A stretch of DNA of 63,650 nucleotides, filler included, from Nemertoderma westbladi (lineage: Eukaryota > Animalia > Xenacoelomorpha): assembly GCA_032718475.1 (NCBI GenBank). It is 3 parts of 3 records of this genome, joined end to end, with 100 filler letters (N's around TTAATTAATTAA, not from the genome) between each part and the next. Parts side by side here need not be neighbours in the genome. Positions count along the whole stretch, not along the records: positions 51,486 to 63,650 come from JAUCBJ010005514.1; 2 more parts are not named here. One strand, written 5' to 3'. A program made the translations under genes and the position numbers. This document shows positions 51,386 to 63,650 of the stretch, in pieces. Within the stretch, counting starts at the first letter, position 1. The number at the start of each line of letters is the position of its first letter. The notes beneath the pieces are model-generated. The model did not search any database and was not told the DNA's origin. It saw only the letters and a list, made by a program, of their open reading frames with translations.

Positions 51386-51485
51386 NNNNNNNNNNNNNNN
51401 NNNNNNNNNNNNNNNNNNNNNNNNNNNNNTTAATTAATTAANNNNNNNNNNNNNNNNNNNNNNNNNNNNNNNNNNNNNNNNNNNN
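51386..51485. other. Artificial assembly linker (44 N + TTAATTAATTAA + 44 N)
   Basis: Same construct as 20114..20213. Confidence 0.97.
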
Positions 51486-51699
51486 CCCTTGGTAGATCAC
51501 CATCTGCCTGGTCAGGCCATATACCCCTGCAGCCAAGTATATGGGTCCTTAATCCAGGACCAAGGGCGTCCTTATCCCAGAACGAAGGGGGTCCTAGTTA
51601 CAGGACCAGATTTGCCCTAGTAAGAGGGTCTATGCAGCTACAGGTGGCACCTCCTTTATGCTGCATGGAGGTGGCAAGTTTTCTTGATCAATGACCTAG

Positions 51700-52115
51700 A
51701 ATACCTGACCTGACATGTCCTCACCTGACTTCCGGATCCATGATCCCAGGTAACAGAAGTCGTCCACATGCTCAAGCATACCATCCTTTGAGCTTATGCT
51801 CATCCGATCAGAGACTTGCTGAGGACTTTCAAAGTTAACTGTCAAAATTTTGGTCTTTCTGGAGTTAATAAAAAGACCAACACTAGAAGCAGCATGTTCT
51901 AATGAGCTGAGGAACCGTTGGGCTCCCTCTAGTGATTCTGAGAGTACTCCTAAGTCATCAGCAAAGTCTAGATCAGTTAGGTACTTGGCAGGATTTCCTC
52001 GACTTCTGGAGCCAGTAGGTGGAGTTATCATCACCCCATCATCATTATGATGATCTAAGGACATGCGTAGAACATATTCAACCACAATAATGAACAAGAA
52101 TGGTGCAAGTGTAAG
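51700..52115 (-). mobile_element. RTE-like LINE reverse transcriptase fragment
   Basis: TLAPFLFIIVVEYVLR, LTDLDFADD, VGLFINSRKTK, VDDFCYLGSWI; truncated on both sides. Confidence 0.85.
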
Positions 52116-53270
52116 TGTCTCCTTGGAGGACGCCCCATAACACTTCAAATGGTTCTGTGTCACCGTCAACAGGTATAGATTATAACTTGGTGTATGTAAT
52201 TGTGATTTCATTCGAAAACGTAAATATTTAATCAAATTAAAGTGTCATCCTCGACGTGTAATTAGATCCTACCTCCCCTCTCACCCATTATCTCGGGTAT
52301 CTCTAAACGCATTGCGGAAGGTAGAACGACCTTCGATGTTCCCGATAAATTAAGATTTTTGATGCTCTAGTTAAACGTGACAATTTCGTCAGATGTAGTG
52401 CATCCCCTCGGTCGGTCTGTTGTTTACTGGGTTATCTGCAGTCGACCGTCGTATCCCAAGAACGCAACTGATCTTAACCCACTTCACCATAAAAAGTCAC
52501 CCGCCTTAAAAAGTACAATATTTTATTTACCCTTCTATAAAATTCCTTCAATGGAGTTACATTTTATAAATTCTGAATTTATTACTTTAAATAATTTAAT
52601 TAACTCAAATTCTGTGATAGTAAATTTCACAGTATCAGTAAGCCTGCCTATACGTATTGCAGTTCCTCAATATTATTCTTTCTAGGGTTTAGGCATTACC
52701 TGCACACGGGACGCAGCAAACTTCACCAGCGAGAAAACTTCGTCCGGAGCAATCTTCGCCTCAAAAGGAGTTTTAACAACCTCGTTTATTGTTTTGGTTA
52801 GAACAATTCGTCTCTGTAACCTATCGTGTCTGTAACCTGCTTCTTTCCCTCCAGCAGGCGAAGGTTGGACGCGGGCGAAGATTTCCCGCGGGCGAAAGTT
52901 GGACGTGGGCGGAGATTGCACCCAACCCAACCCTGTACTGTACACCACGCTTATGTTTATGGATTTAGTTCTGCAATAAATAATAATAGTAATAACACGG
53001 AAGAACAGAATGTATCCTATACGTAACCTTGGAGGCAGCTCCAAGGTATCGCCGCGGCAAAATTGTTTTTATATTTTTAAACTGTTGTGATATATGATAT
53101 AAATAAGATTAATTTATTTTTTAATAAATTAATAATAGGTCAAGTACATCAACATGACCCCTACTGTTACTGTAGATATGTAAATAGTAGTTCATGGTAT
53201 AATTTGTTCGAAGTAACAAAATAATGTTAAAAGTTCAACTTGTTACTTGTATGAGAGTTTCAAATTGAAA

Positions 53271-56108
53271 CTAAAAGTAGATCGCAACAAATAATAAGAT
53301 TGTGTTGAAAAACATTACACAATGAGACGACGAGACTCTTTGTCCAGATGATGACAACATGGATATTTTCTTTTCGTTCATATTTGTTGCAGCAAATCTC
53401 GTTGAATCTAATGTATAAATTATTTCTCCAGAGGTTGGCAAATTTGCGAATGACTTTCCTTCATTTGTGTTTGTGGCAGCAAATGTTGTTGATTCTAATG
53501 TAGAAATTATTTCTCCAGAGGTTGGCAACTTTGCGAATGACTTTCCTTCATTTGTGTTTGTTGCAGCAAATGTCGTTGAATCTAATGTAGAAATTTTTTC
53601 TCCAGAGGTTGGCAACTTTGTGGATGACTTTCCTTCATTTTTGTTTGTTGCAGCAAATGTCGTTGAATCTAATGTAGAAATTATTTCTCCAGAGGTTGGC
53701 AACTTTGTGGATAACTTTCCTTCATTTGTGTTTGTTGCAGCAAATGTCGTTGAATCTAATGTAGAAATTATTTCTCCAGAGGTTGGAAAATTTGCGAATG
53801 ACTTTCCTTCATTTGTGTTTGTTGCAGCAAATGTCGTTGAATCTAATGTAGAAATTATTTCTCCAGAGGTTGGCAACTTTGTGGATGACTTACCTTCATT
53901 TGTGTTTGTTGCAGCAAATGTCGTTGAATCTAATGTAGAAATAATTTTTCCAGAGGTTGGCAACGTTGTGGATGACTTTCCTTCATTTGTGTTTGTTGCA
54001 GCAAATGTCGTTAAATCTAATGTAGAAATTATTTCTCCAGAGGTTGGCAACTTTGCGAATGACTTTCCTTCATTTGTGTTTATTGCAGCAAATGTCGTTG
54101 AATCTAATGTAGAAATTGTTTCTCCAGAGGTTGGCAACTTTGTGGATGACTTTCCTTTATTTGTGTTTGTTGCAGCAAATGTCGTTGAATCTAATGTAGA
54201 AATTATTTCTCCAGAGGTTGGCAACTTTGTGGATGACTTTCCTTCATTTGTGTTTGTTGCAGCAAATGTCGTTGAATCTAATGTAGAAATTATTTCTCCA
54301 GAGGTTGGCAACTTTGTGGATGACTTTCCTTCATTTGTGTTTGTTGCAGCAAATGTCGTTGAATCTAATGTAGAAATTATTTCTCCAGAGGTTGGCAACT
54401 TTGTGGATGACTTTCCTTCATTTGTGTTTGTTGCAGCAAATGTCGTTGAATCTAATGTAGAAATTATTTCTCCAGAGGTTGGCAACTTTGTGGATGACTT
54501 TCCTTCATTTGTGTTTGTTGCAGCAAATGTCGTTGAATCTAATGTAGAAATTATTTCTCCAGAGGTTGGCAACTTTGTGGATGACTTTCCTTCATTTGTG
54601 TTTGTTGCAGCAAATGTCGTTAAATCTAATGTAGAAATTATTTCTCCAGAGGTTGGCAACTTTGTGGATGACTTTCCTTCATTTGTGTTTGTTGCAGCAA
54701 ATGTCGTTGAATCTAATGTAGAAATTATTTCTCCAGAGGTTGGCAACTTTGTGGATGACTTTCCTTCATTTGTGTTTGTTGCAGCAAATGTCGTTGAATC
54801 TAATGCAGAAATTATTTCTCCAGAGGTTGGCAACTTTGTGGATGACTTTCCTTCATTTGTGTTTGTTGCAGCAAATGTCGTTGAATCTAATGTAGAAATT
54901 ATTTCTCCAGAGGTTGGCAACTTTGTGGATGACTTTCCTTCATTTGTGTTTGTTGCAGCAAATGTCGTTGAATCTAATGTAGAAATTATTTCTCCAGAGG
55001 TTGGCAACTTTGTGGATGACTTTCCTTCATTTGTGTTTGTTGCAGCAAATGTCGTTGAATCTAATGTAGAAATTATTTCTCCAGAGGTTGGCAACTTTGT
55101 GGATGACTTTCCTTCATTTGTGTTTGTTGCAGCAAATTTTGTTGAATCTAATGTAGAAATTATTTCTCCAGAGGTTGGCAACTTTGTGGATGACTTTCCT
55201 TCATTTGTGTTTGTTGCAGCAAATGTCGTTGAATCTAATGTAGAAATTATTTCTCCAGAGGTTGGCAACTTTGTGGATGACTTTCCTCCATTTGTGTTTG
55301 TTGCAGCAAATGTCGTTGAATCTAATGCAGAAATTATTTCTCCAGAGGTTGGCAACTTTGTGGATGACTTTCCTTCATTTGTGTTTGTTGCAGCAAATGT
55401 CGTTGAATCTAATGTAGAAATTATTTCTCCAGCAGTTGGTAACTTAGTGAATGTTTTATTTTTGTTTGTGTTTGTTGCAGCAAATGTCGTTGAATCTAAT
55501 GTTGAAATGCTTTCTCCAGAGGTTGGCAACTTAGTGGATGAATTTCCTTGATTAGTGTTTGTTGCAGCAAATGTCGTTGAATCTGATTTTAAAATTATTT
55601 GTTCAGGGGTTGGCAAATTAGTCAATAATTTATTTTCGTTTGTGTTTTCTGCAGGAAATGAATACATCCGTTTGTATTTATTGTTGCAAATATCATTGAA
55701 TCTAAAATATATATGGTAAATTAACAAAAAAAAATACTGCTGGATCTCTTATAACATATTTATATGAAACAATTTATTTAATCATTTTTAAGATGTCCCA
55801 ATTACAATGACTCAACCTTATTGATATGGCACAATTAATATATCCTGCGTAATTTTCCTGGGACAATAGAATATGCCTTTTGATCGCCAAGGTTACCTTA
55901 TACAATGTATAGATTGGCCTAATGTTTCAAGTTGTGGGGCGAGCCACGAAGTTGGCGGAGCCTTAGCGAATTGACACTGTTAGGGGGTGGGTCAATTTAT
56001 GCAAATAGTTGTCGTCGTCGTCGTCGTCGTTTGGGGCGAGCCACGAAGTTGGCGGAGCCTTAGCGAATTGACACTGTTAGGGGGTGGGTCAATTTATGCA
56101 AATAGTTG

Positions 56109-56140
<32 letters not shown>

Positions 56141-59100
56141 GTCGTCGTCGTCGTTGTCGTCGTCGTCGTCGTTACGATTTTGACATGCTAATAACTTTGT
56201 CGGATTTAAAGCTGCCAAGTTGAAAATTTGTAGGTATCAATATGAGCAAAAGTTTAGATTTTTGAGAGACTTTCAGACACCATCAGTGCAATGGTCTCCC
56301 GCTAGAGGGCCACATGTCTAAACATTAAATGCCCTCCCATTTCTTTGCTTTTAATCCGTTTAAGCTGAAACTTGGCAGATATGTATTAGACCATTAGCTG
56401 TGACTTTCAAAGGAGGCGAATCCATCTGCAGTTCTCCAGTCTGCCGCTAGAGGGCCAAAGGTCTGAAAGTGAAATCGTTGTCGTCGTTACGATTTTGACA
56501 TGCTAATAACTTTGTCGGATTTAAAGCTGCCAAGTTGAAAATTTGTAGGTATCAATATGAGCAAAAGTTGAGATTTTTGAGAGACTTTCAGACACCATCA
56601 GTGCAATGGTCTCCCGCTAGAGGGCCACATGTCTAAACATTAAATGCCCTCCCATTTCTTTGCTTTTAATCCGTTTAAGCTGAAACTTGGCAGATATGTA
56701 TTAGACCATCAGCTGTGACTTTCAAAGGAGGCGAATCCATCTGCAGTTCTCCAGTCTGCCGCTAGAGGGCCAAAGGTCTGAAAGTGAAATCGTTGTCGTC
56801 GTTACGATTTTGACATGCTAATAACTTTGTCGGATTTAAAGCTGCCAAGTTGAAAATTTGTAGGTATCGATATGAGCAAAAGTTGAGATTTTTGAGAGAC
56901 TTTCAGACACCATCAGTGCAATGGTCTCCCGCTAGAGGGCCACATGTCTAAACATTAAATGCCCTCCCATTTCTTTGCTTTTAATCCGTTTAAGCTGAAA
57001 CTTGGCAGATATGTATTAGACCATTAGCTGTGACTTTCAAAGGAGGCGAATCCATCTGCAGTTCTCCAGTCTGCCGCTAGAGGGCCAAATGTCTGAAAGT
57101 GAAATCGTTGTCGTCGTTATGATATTGACATGCTTATAACTTTGTCGAATTTAAAGCTGCCAAGTTGAAAATTTGTTTTGTTGAAAATCAGTTCAACAGT
57201 CACCCGCTATGTCACCGCTGTTTAAAATCTCAGAATCAAAGAAATTTTGGAAACTTCTCAAGTCTGCCTGCGGTTCTAATGACGGCCTTCAGGAAGGCTG
57301 CAGTGTTTCCCAGTTTGAGGAACACTTCCGTAAGCTTAATGTAGAAAGTAATTTTGAGTTTATGGATACAGGCAGTATATCCAGGCCTCATAGTAGCAAC
57401 CTAGCTGAAAGCAAAGCTATTTTTGACTTGTATTTAGGTGAGGCTTTCTCAGAGGATGAAGTTAGCAGGGGGATCGACAAGCTCAAGCGTGGAAAGGCCA
57501 CTGGGCCAGATAGTATCAATTCAGAAGTTTTTATTGAGGGTGCAGACAGTTTGTTACCGGTCGTTACCTCTATTTTTAATGCCATTTTGCACTCAGGATA
57601 TTTCCCCTCTTGTTGGGGTCTTGCTAATTTGGTTCCAATATATAAAAAGAAAGGTAGTAAGTTCGATCCCAACAATTTTCGGGGAATCTCTTTGTTAAGT
57701 ATATTTGGTAAACTGTTCACCAACCTAATCAATTCCAGACTTCAGTGGTGGGCTGATTGTTTCGGAGTACTTATCGAAGCCCAGGCCGGGTTTAGAACAG
57801 GATTTAGCACCATTGATCAGATTTTCACTCTAAATGCTTTAATTAGCCATTTTTTAAAACGCGGAGCGAACAGAAATTTATACTGCGCATTTATAGATTT
57901 CCAGAAGGCGTTCGACTCCGTTGATAGATCTGCACTTTGGTCAAAATTACTTTCTCTCGGATTCTCTGGAAAAATTCTTACAGTAATAAAGAACATGTAT
58001 GGTGCGGCGAGGTCTCAAGTTCGATTTCAGGGTTCAGTATCTGAGCAGTTTGATTGTCTTGTAGGAGTCCGACAAGGGGAATGCTTGAGTCCCCTTCTGT
58101 TCGCGCTATTCATTAATGATTTAGAGGCGGAACTACGGGATGGAGGAATTCAGGGCCTGGATGTAGGTGCGCTCAAACTTTTCCTGTTACTTTATGCTGA
58201 TGATATCGTGTTGGTTAGTGAAAGTATTAGTGGACTACAGGGTGCACTCGATATCCTTGGTTGCTATGCCGACTATTGGGGTTTGCGGGTTAACATGGAC
58301 AAGTCCAATATTATGATTTTTAAAAACGGTGGGAATCTTGCACAGCGTGAACGGTGGACTTTCCACAATCGTGAACTCAAAATTGTCTCTGACTATACTT
58401 ACCTAGGAGTAATATTTTCTCCCTCTGGCGGATTCAGGAAAGCGGAGTGTTCTCTTGCAGAGAAGGCCTCTAAAGCATATTTTGTACTCTTAAAATATTT
58501 TTCGAAATTCCCAAACATTTCACTGAGCTTAAAAGTTCATATCTTCAATACACTTGTGAAACCGATCCTGGATTATGGAAGAGAAATCTGGGGTTTCCAC
58601 AGCGCTCCAGAGTGCGAACGAGTTCAACTTAAATTTCTAAAACGGTTATTGGGGGTAAAGTCAGGAACACCTAACTTCATGAGTTATGGTGAAACTGGAG
58701 TATTCCCGCTAGCATTGTCTAGGGAAATTCGTATAGTAAAATATTGGATTAAAATTATTAATTTACCAGACTCGCGTTTAGTCAAGCAGGCGTATCTTAT
58801 GCTACTTCAGGACTGTCTGACTTTCAATGACAGTAACTGGGTTTCTGGTGTGCGCGATCTGCTTAATAAGTCTGGTAAAAGTTGGGCGTGGGTCAACCAG
58901 TCGGTCAGCTGTAATAAAATGTTTATTAAATCTCTAGAACGTACATTACAGGATAACTTCATCCAGTCTTGGTGGAGTGCGATAGAAAATTCTCCCAAGG
59001 GAATTTGGTATTTCAAGAGGGTGTTTGGGGCAGAAAACTACTTAAACTCACTTAGTGGTTACCCTACACTGTGTAAGACTGTGAGCCGCCTAAGGTGTTC

Positions 59101-62100
59101 CTCACACGATCTACAAATTGAATACGGACGTTGGCATAATGTACCGCGTAACGATAGATTATGCCAGCTCTGTAACCTCCAAGAAGTGGAGGATGAATAC
59201 CACTTTGTACTTAAATGTCCGCTCTATCATGATCTACGCATTAAATTTTTGGCAGTAAGATATCATAGAAATCCTTCATCGGTCAAATTTCTTGAACTCC
59301 TCAGTCTGACGTCGGATTCCAAAATTAAGCAGTTTGGTGTGTTTTTATATCACGCCTTTAAATTACGACTGGAGGCTAAAACCTAGTTAGTACGTATTAC
59401 GTGTGTTGAATGTTTGTGGTGTGAGTATGTGTTGGTAGTTCTTCGGTTTAGGTTGTTATTATGTAGATATAATATATATTATGTTCCTACTTTACGCACT
59501 GGGTTCACCTATGTATTTCTTTTCTAAATGTATTTGTACTCCGGTATTGTAGCGTGCAGTTGATACTACTTTGCTCTCAACAATAGCCTTAACTGGCTTG
59601 TTGTGATTAACAATAAACAATATAAGCTATAGGACTACTTTATGCCTGAAAGTGAATAGATTCTCCCGTCTCATTGATTTTAATCAGTTTAAGCTGAATC
59701 TTGCCATATATTCTGGACCACATGCTGCGTCTTTGTGGGGGGGGGGGGGGGGGGGGGGGAGATTTAATCGGTCTGCCGCTATACGACGAAATTTCTGAAA
59801 GTGAGATCCGTCTCTCATTTCGTTATCCGTTATTCAAGATGAAACTTGGCCGATGTACGTATGTACTATTCATCCATAGGCTGTGTCTTTGTGGGGCTGG
59901 AGACCCTAATCCATCTTCAGTTCTCACTATACCGCTAGAGTCAGAAATGTCTGAATAGAAATGAAAGAGGTAAAAAGTGATTAGGCGAAATCTGCTTAAA
60001 ATTTGCTAATACAGTAATACTTTCGAATTAGTACTTAAATTAAATTTAAGTCACGTGCTGCGCGAAGGCCCCACTTCGTGTAGAATATGTATTGCTCCTG
60101 CTTATTTATTATCTTAAGTTATCTGGGACCATGTCTATAATTCTATAACTTTGTTTAATTTATCCAAGTTACCTGGGACATTGTATAGTTCCTGTGTAAT
60201 CCGTTTCACCTTCTGATGTAGAAACGGTCATTATTTCTTCCTGATCGGTGGAACATCGAAAATTTTTGTCTATGAAATAAAAGGATAAGTTCAGTATTCA
60301 CGAGGTTTATGAAGTCACTTTTAGTTCAAAAAAGTCTCAAGAAATTTTGCTTCCATTTTACGACTAAGTTTAATATGGTGATTCAAAAAACAAATTAGAA
60401 AATCATTCTCTCAGCAATTTCTCTATACCAATCAATCAATAAATAAATCAATATTTATTTTTTTAAAACCACTTCTACTAAGTGCATTGTACTGAAATTG
60501 GGCTGATTCGAATCGCAAGGATCGATTTAATAGGGGTAGATGTTGGTAATAACTTCTAAATCGCAACAGTTTTCAAATTGTATTCATATCTCGGTCAACT
60601 TTTGTCGGTATAGTACAGGTAATATTGCTAACACTGGTAATACAGTAAAACATAAGGGAAACATTGGAAAAAGGAATTATCCTATCTACACCACTAAATA
60701 CGTATTCCTAAATGTACAGTAATTAATTACTTAATTAATTATGTCTATTCCAGCAAGTCCTAAGAAATATATTAAAACGTAGTAAAAATACTACAAACTT
60801 CTTGAAAACAGTATGTGGTTGCGTCAACTAGAAATGGAACAATAAAATCAATTATTTCTTGAACTAACCTCCTATATGTATTACAGTTGTTCCAGAATTC
60901 GTATCACATTCAACGGAGTAGCAAGCTGCGACTGGGTTTGCAATATATCGTCCACTAAATTCCCATGTCTTGACCAAAACACATTTTGAACCGGGTGCAT
61001 TGTGTTCCAATAGCACATCATTTTCAGCTCTGCCACCAGTTTCGCAACTTCTTGCTCTCCACATAGGGCAGTAATCCGCGTAGCTGTTATCCTACACAAT
61101 AATAATGTAAAATGTTAAAATTGTTTATATTAATAGTTTAATACTTCAATAAATCAATTTATAAGTCTACAGGTGAACACATTACCTTACCGCTATATAT
61201 TAAACAGCGGAAGTTAACAGCTCCATACAATGAAACTTCTTTACAATGAAACTAAACCCGAACTTGTAATTGGTCTTTATTCGTAATGATTCCTTCATTT
61301 TGACTCAGCTTCTAGGCAAGCGATATGCAGAGCATATCACCTGTTCTAGAATAATTATACGATATATCAACCTGAAGCAAGTAAACAGCTAAGGCCGTGG
61401 TCAATCTCATTAAGATTTTGTAGGACAATTATGGCTACGGGGAAGATTCATGCTACTGAATTACCACAATAAATTCCAGGATATAGTGTAATATAACAGG
61501 CATACTCACAGAACCCATTTTGGGATCTTCAAAGTATTGGTACTCCTTCGGTAAATTATTTTCATACTTCGATATTGTGCACCCCAATATTGATGAGTAG
61601 TCAGGGGAACATCTTGACTTTCCATGATCATTAAGACCGCAGTAGGGATACGGATCTTCCTCATGGTCGTCGATCCAGGATTTACAACTTCCGGTTGCAA
61701 ATGAGCAACCGAGTCCTTTCCCAACATTCCATTCCAAGTTTCCAACTGAATAATCAGGAATATACCATCCTGTGTCTTCCAAGAAGGCGAGAGTTATTTT
61801 GGAGATGATGTCAACACTGCCGGAAGGTACTATTGGTGTCATAATCTCGTTATAAAACAATCTTTCTTCAAAATGACTTCCAACTCTATCCAGATTTATA
61901 TTTTCTAGCTCAGCTCCTCTCAATGTTTCACAATTAAAGTGTTTTCGAACTTCCCTCTGAACATTTGGAGTAGATAGAACCGTCACAGTATGATCTACAA
62001 CACCAGTACGAACTTTCCACCTGTATGTCACTTTTTCAATCATGTTACCTGTAGAACCGGAAGGTTTCGGAAGTCCATGATATTCCCGTTCAATTCTTGG

Positions 62101-62901
62101 ATTACCATTTGAGTCGTGAAAATATTGATATATATCAGAACTAAAGCCCAACGCATGTATGATTTCGTGTGCTATGGTACCTCGACTGTTATCTGCATTA
62201 TCTAGCACATTGAGCATGCTTGAACACAAGTTGACGTTACCCATCAGAGGTCTATCGTCTTCAGGTCCTGTTTTAAATTTTTTTTGGTTCCGAAAACACG
62301 AACTAGCATAAGCTTTCGTCTGGACCTTACACTGTTCGGTTACCTTCGCAGACACATACAGAACGAAATCCGCCCCACTAACTCCATTTCCGTCAACTCC
62401 AACTTTATTATTTCGGTTATACGAACTTCCATAGTAACAGGCAGCATGATGAGCCTTCGGAATCGTAACTTCTCCACAAATGCGGTCGTGAAGGCAGATG
62501 TCTTCGCTATTGCAGAAGATATTCCCCATTGCGTCCATTTTATATACTCCATCGATGCAATATATCTTGGCCAGGATTGGCTCTTTCATCGGTTGCTTAA
62601 CTTGTAGTATCCCTTGCAAGAAGTCAACCAATTTTGGAAACCATTCTTCCTTTATAACTTTGGATTTCTCCTTTGCGAGATTATTAATTGAATCGTCGTA
62701 GAAAACTTTAATCCGGATTGGAGCCGGGAGAGATCTCCTGGGACGGTTTAGATGTAGCATTGGGCCATCTTCAATCTCAGAGTGGTTAGAGAGATTAAAC
62801 CCAACATCATATGCTTTAACTGAAAAGGGAACTTCCGTTATTGGCTTAGGTTCACAACAATTAACCACAAAAACAAAAACAACAAACAACTTGGTTGCCA
62901 T
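53271..62901 (-). CDS. Leishmanolysin/invadolysin-like M8 metalloprotease with Ser/Thr mucin stalk and GPI-type tail; exons 62901-61510, 61091-60869, 60269-60173, 55701-53271 (1380 aa)
   Basis: Signal peptide, RPRR furin site, ADFVLYVS, AYASSC..DRP..G.VNLC, HEIIHALGFS, VRKHFNC..L.GAELEN, SHFEER..NEIM, ITLAFLEDTGWY. All three introns are GT-AG with matching phases 0, 1, 2, and the joins rebuild family motifs GS-DNSYADYCP and GTIQCP-R-FNDIC. Confidence 0.88.
53385..55625 (-). repeat. Coding 87-bp tandem repeat (~26 x 29 aa, TSGEIISTLDSTTFAATNTNEGKSSTKLP)
   Basis: Frame-preserving 87-bp period without indels or stops, followed by the hydrophobic C-terminus VMFFNTILLFVAIYF. Confidence 0.95.
55935..60080 (+). 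mobile_element. Helentron/HINE-like non-autonomous element: duplicated 5' head, (GTC)n, 3+ copies of a 315-bp unit, interrupted by a LINE
   Basis: Head GGGGCGAGCCACGAAGTTGGCGGAGCCTT at ~55936 and ~56033; (GTC)n at ~56108-56172; 315-bp units starting 56171, 56486, 56801 and a partial at 57116; diverged units resume after ~59640; AAGGCCCCACTTCGTG at ~60065-60080 is an imperfect inverted copy of the head. Confidence 0.6.
57209..59386 (+). mobile_element. 5'-truncated LINE ORF2 (RT plus C-terminal Cys/His domain), RTEX-like, intronic and antisense to the M8 gene
   Basis: KATGPD, PIYKK, NFRGISLL, QAGFR, FIDFQKAFDSV, GVRQG..LSPLLF, LLYADD, YLG; C-terminal RLRCSSHDLQIEYGRW..RLCQLC..EDEYHFVLKC. No APE domain. 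AATAAA near 59612. Confidence 0.92.
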
Positions 62902-63650
62902 ACTTAGGTTCTGTCGTTACCTTAATTAATTACTAATGGTTTTACCTACTTGTGTTTATACGAGGCATTTTGGCAGCCTCGCCTTGATTACTGCTGTGGG
63001 TATTACAAAGGTTTTCTAATCTAAATTACAGTATGTAAATTAATTGAATTCTAGAATATTATATATCGTCTCCACAGCTACCTATTATGGCATTTATCCT
63101 TTAAATTCATATTTCTTATGTCGTGATGAAGTCCCATAATTGGCTCTAAGGTCCTCCTGCCATTCCATCTTTACGGAAACACCCCTGATTCCCACACAAA
63201 AGTTTCTCTGGGGGATGCCTGATGCGATTGAACGTGATGCTGTTGAATATGAGATCGAGATCAGAAAATGATGGCAAAGTTAAATTGGGGTGATGGCCGG
63301 CATCGAATCCGTGGTATACCAAGAGCAATTGTGAATTTTTAAGTCCCTTTAACTATGGCAACAGGAGCATTTCCAAATCAGTACTTTCTACTGTGTTTAA
63401 AAATTGATCTACCCCACCTAAACCGACATCAGATAATCCGCTGAGGTAGAATCCGGTTACCATGAATGCGTCTTCAAATGTTGTTTTTACTGTAAGTTTC
63501 GGGTAATCTCTGCAAATTTTAATAGTTTTCAAAGCAATTGCCAAATACATGTTCCCCATAATTGTGACGGGATCCGAGAGGATCCCGGTTTATCCGGTGT
63601 TGTTTATGTACGCGTCCCCGCCGTGTGAATGAAAAGAGTTGTTGTTCCAG

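Noticed and set aside
53467-55551. 694-aa plus-strand ORF
   Set aside because: Antisense shadow of the 87-bp coding repeat; the minus strand has the splice acceptor, phase match and anchor tail.
61453-61509. Hydrophobic C-terminus of the 482-aa M8 ORF as a membrane anchor
   Set aside because: It is intron read-through past the GTGAGT donor at 61509; the conserved ADYCP motif is in the next exon.

Overview
AT-rich, repeat-dense eukaryotic (probably invertebrate animal) genomic DNA, made of three assembly segments joined by artificial 100-nt N/TTAATTAATTAA linkers (20114-20213, 51386-51485). Host-type genes: the 3' exons of a coiled-coil protein; an intronless PRDM9-like PR/SET plus C2H2 gene with all three catalytic tyrosines; and a 4-exon leishmanolysin (M8) metalloprotease that, reconstructed by hand, is spliced to a ~26 x 29-aa Ser/Thr mucin stalk with a GPI-type tail. 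Mobile DNA: (i) a young BEL/Pao LTR element with apparently identical 1477-bp LTRs and a TTCAT TSD whose single ORF keeps Gag and protease but lacks RT, RNase H and the integrase core; (ii) a second LTR family (three LTR copies) carrying, just before the PPT, an accessory ORF that reads as a WRN/EXD-type DEDDy 3'-5' exonuclease plus CCHC knuckles; (iii) a Polinton/adintovirus-like module of PC4-like protein, protein-primed PolB and an overlapping TBP-like gene, with no capsid or integrase visible; (iv) LINE fragments (RTEX-like, RTE-like, CRE-like, Penelope), a Helentron/HINE-like element, a MITE and two long minisatellites (30 bp, 38 bp). Best candidates for undescribed systems are the pPolB-TBP-PC4 module and the exonuclease-carrying LTR retrotransposon. 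All family assignments are by-eye motif recognition, not database searches.
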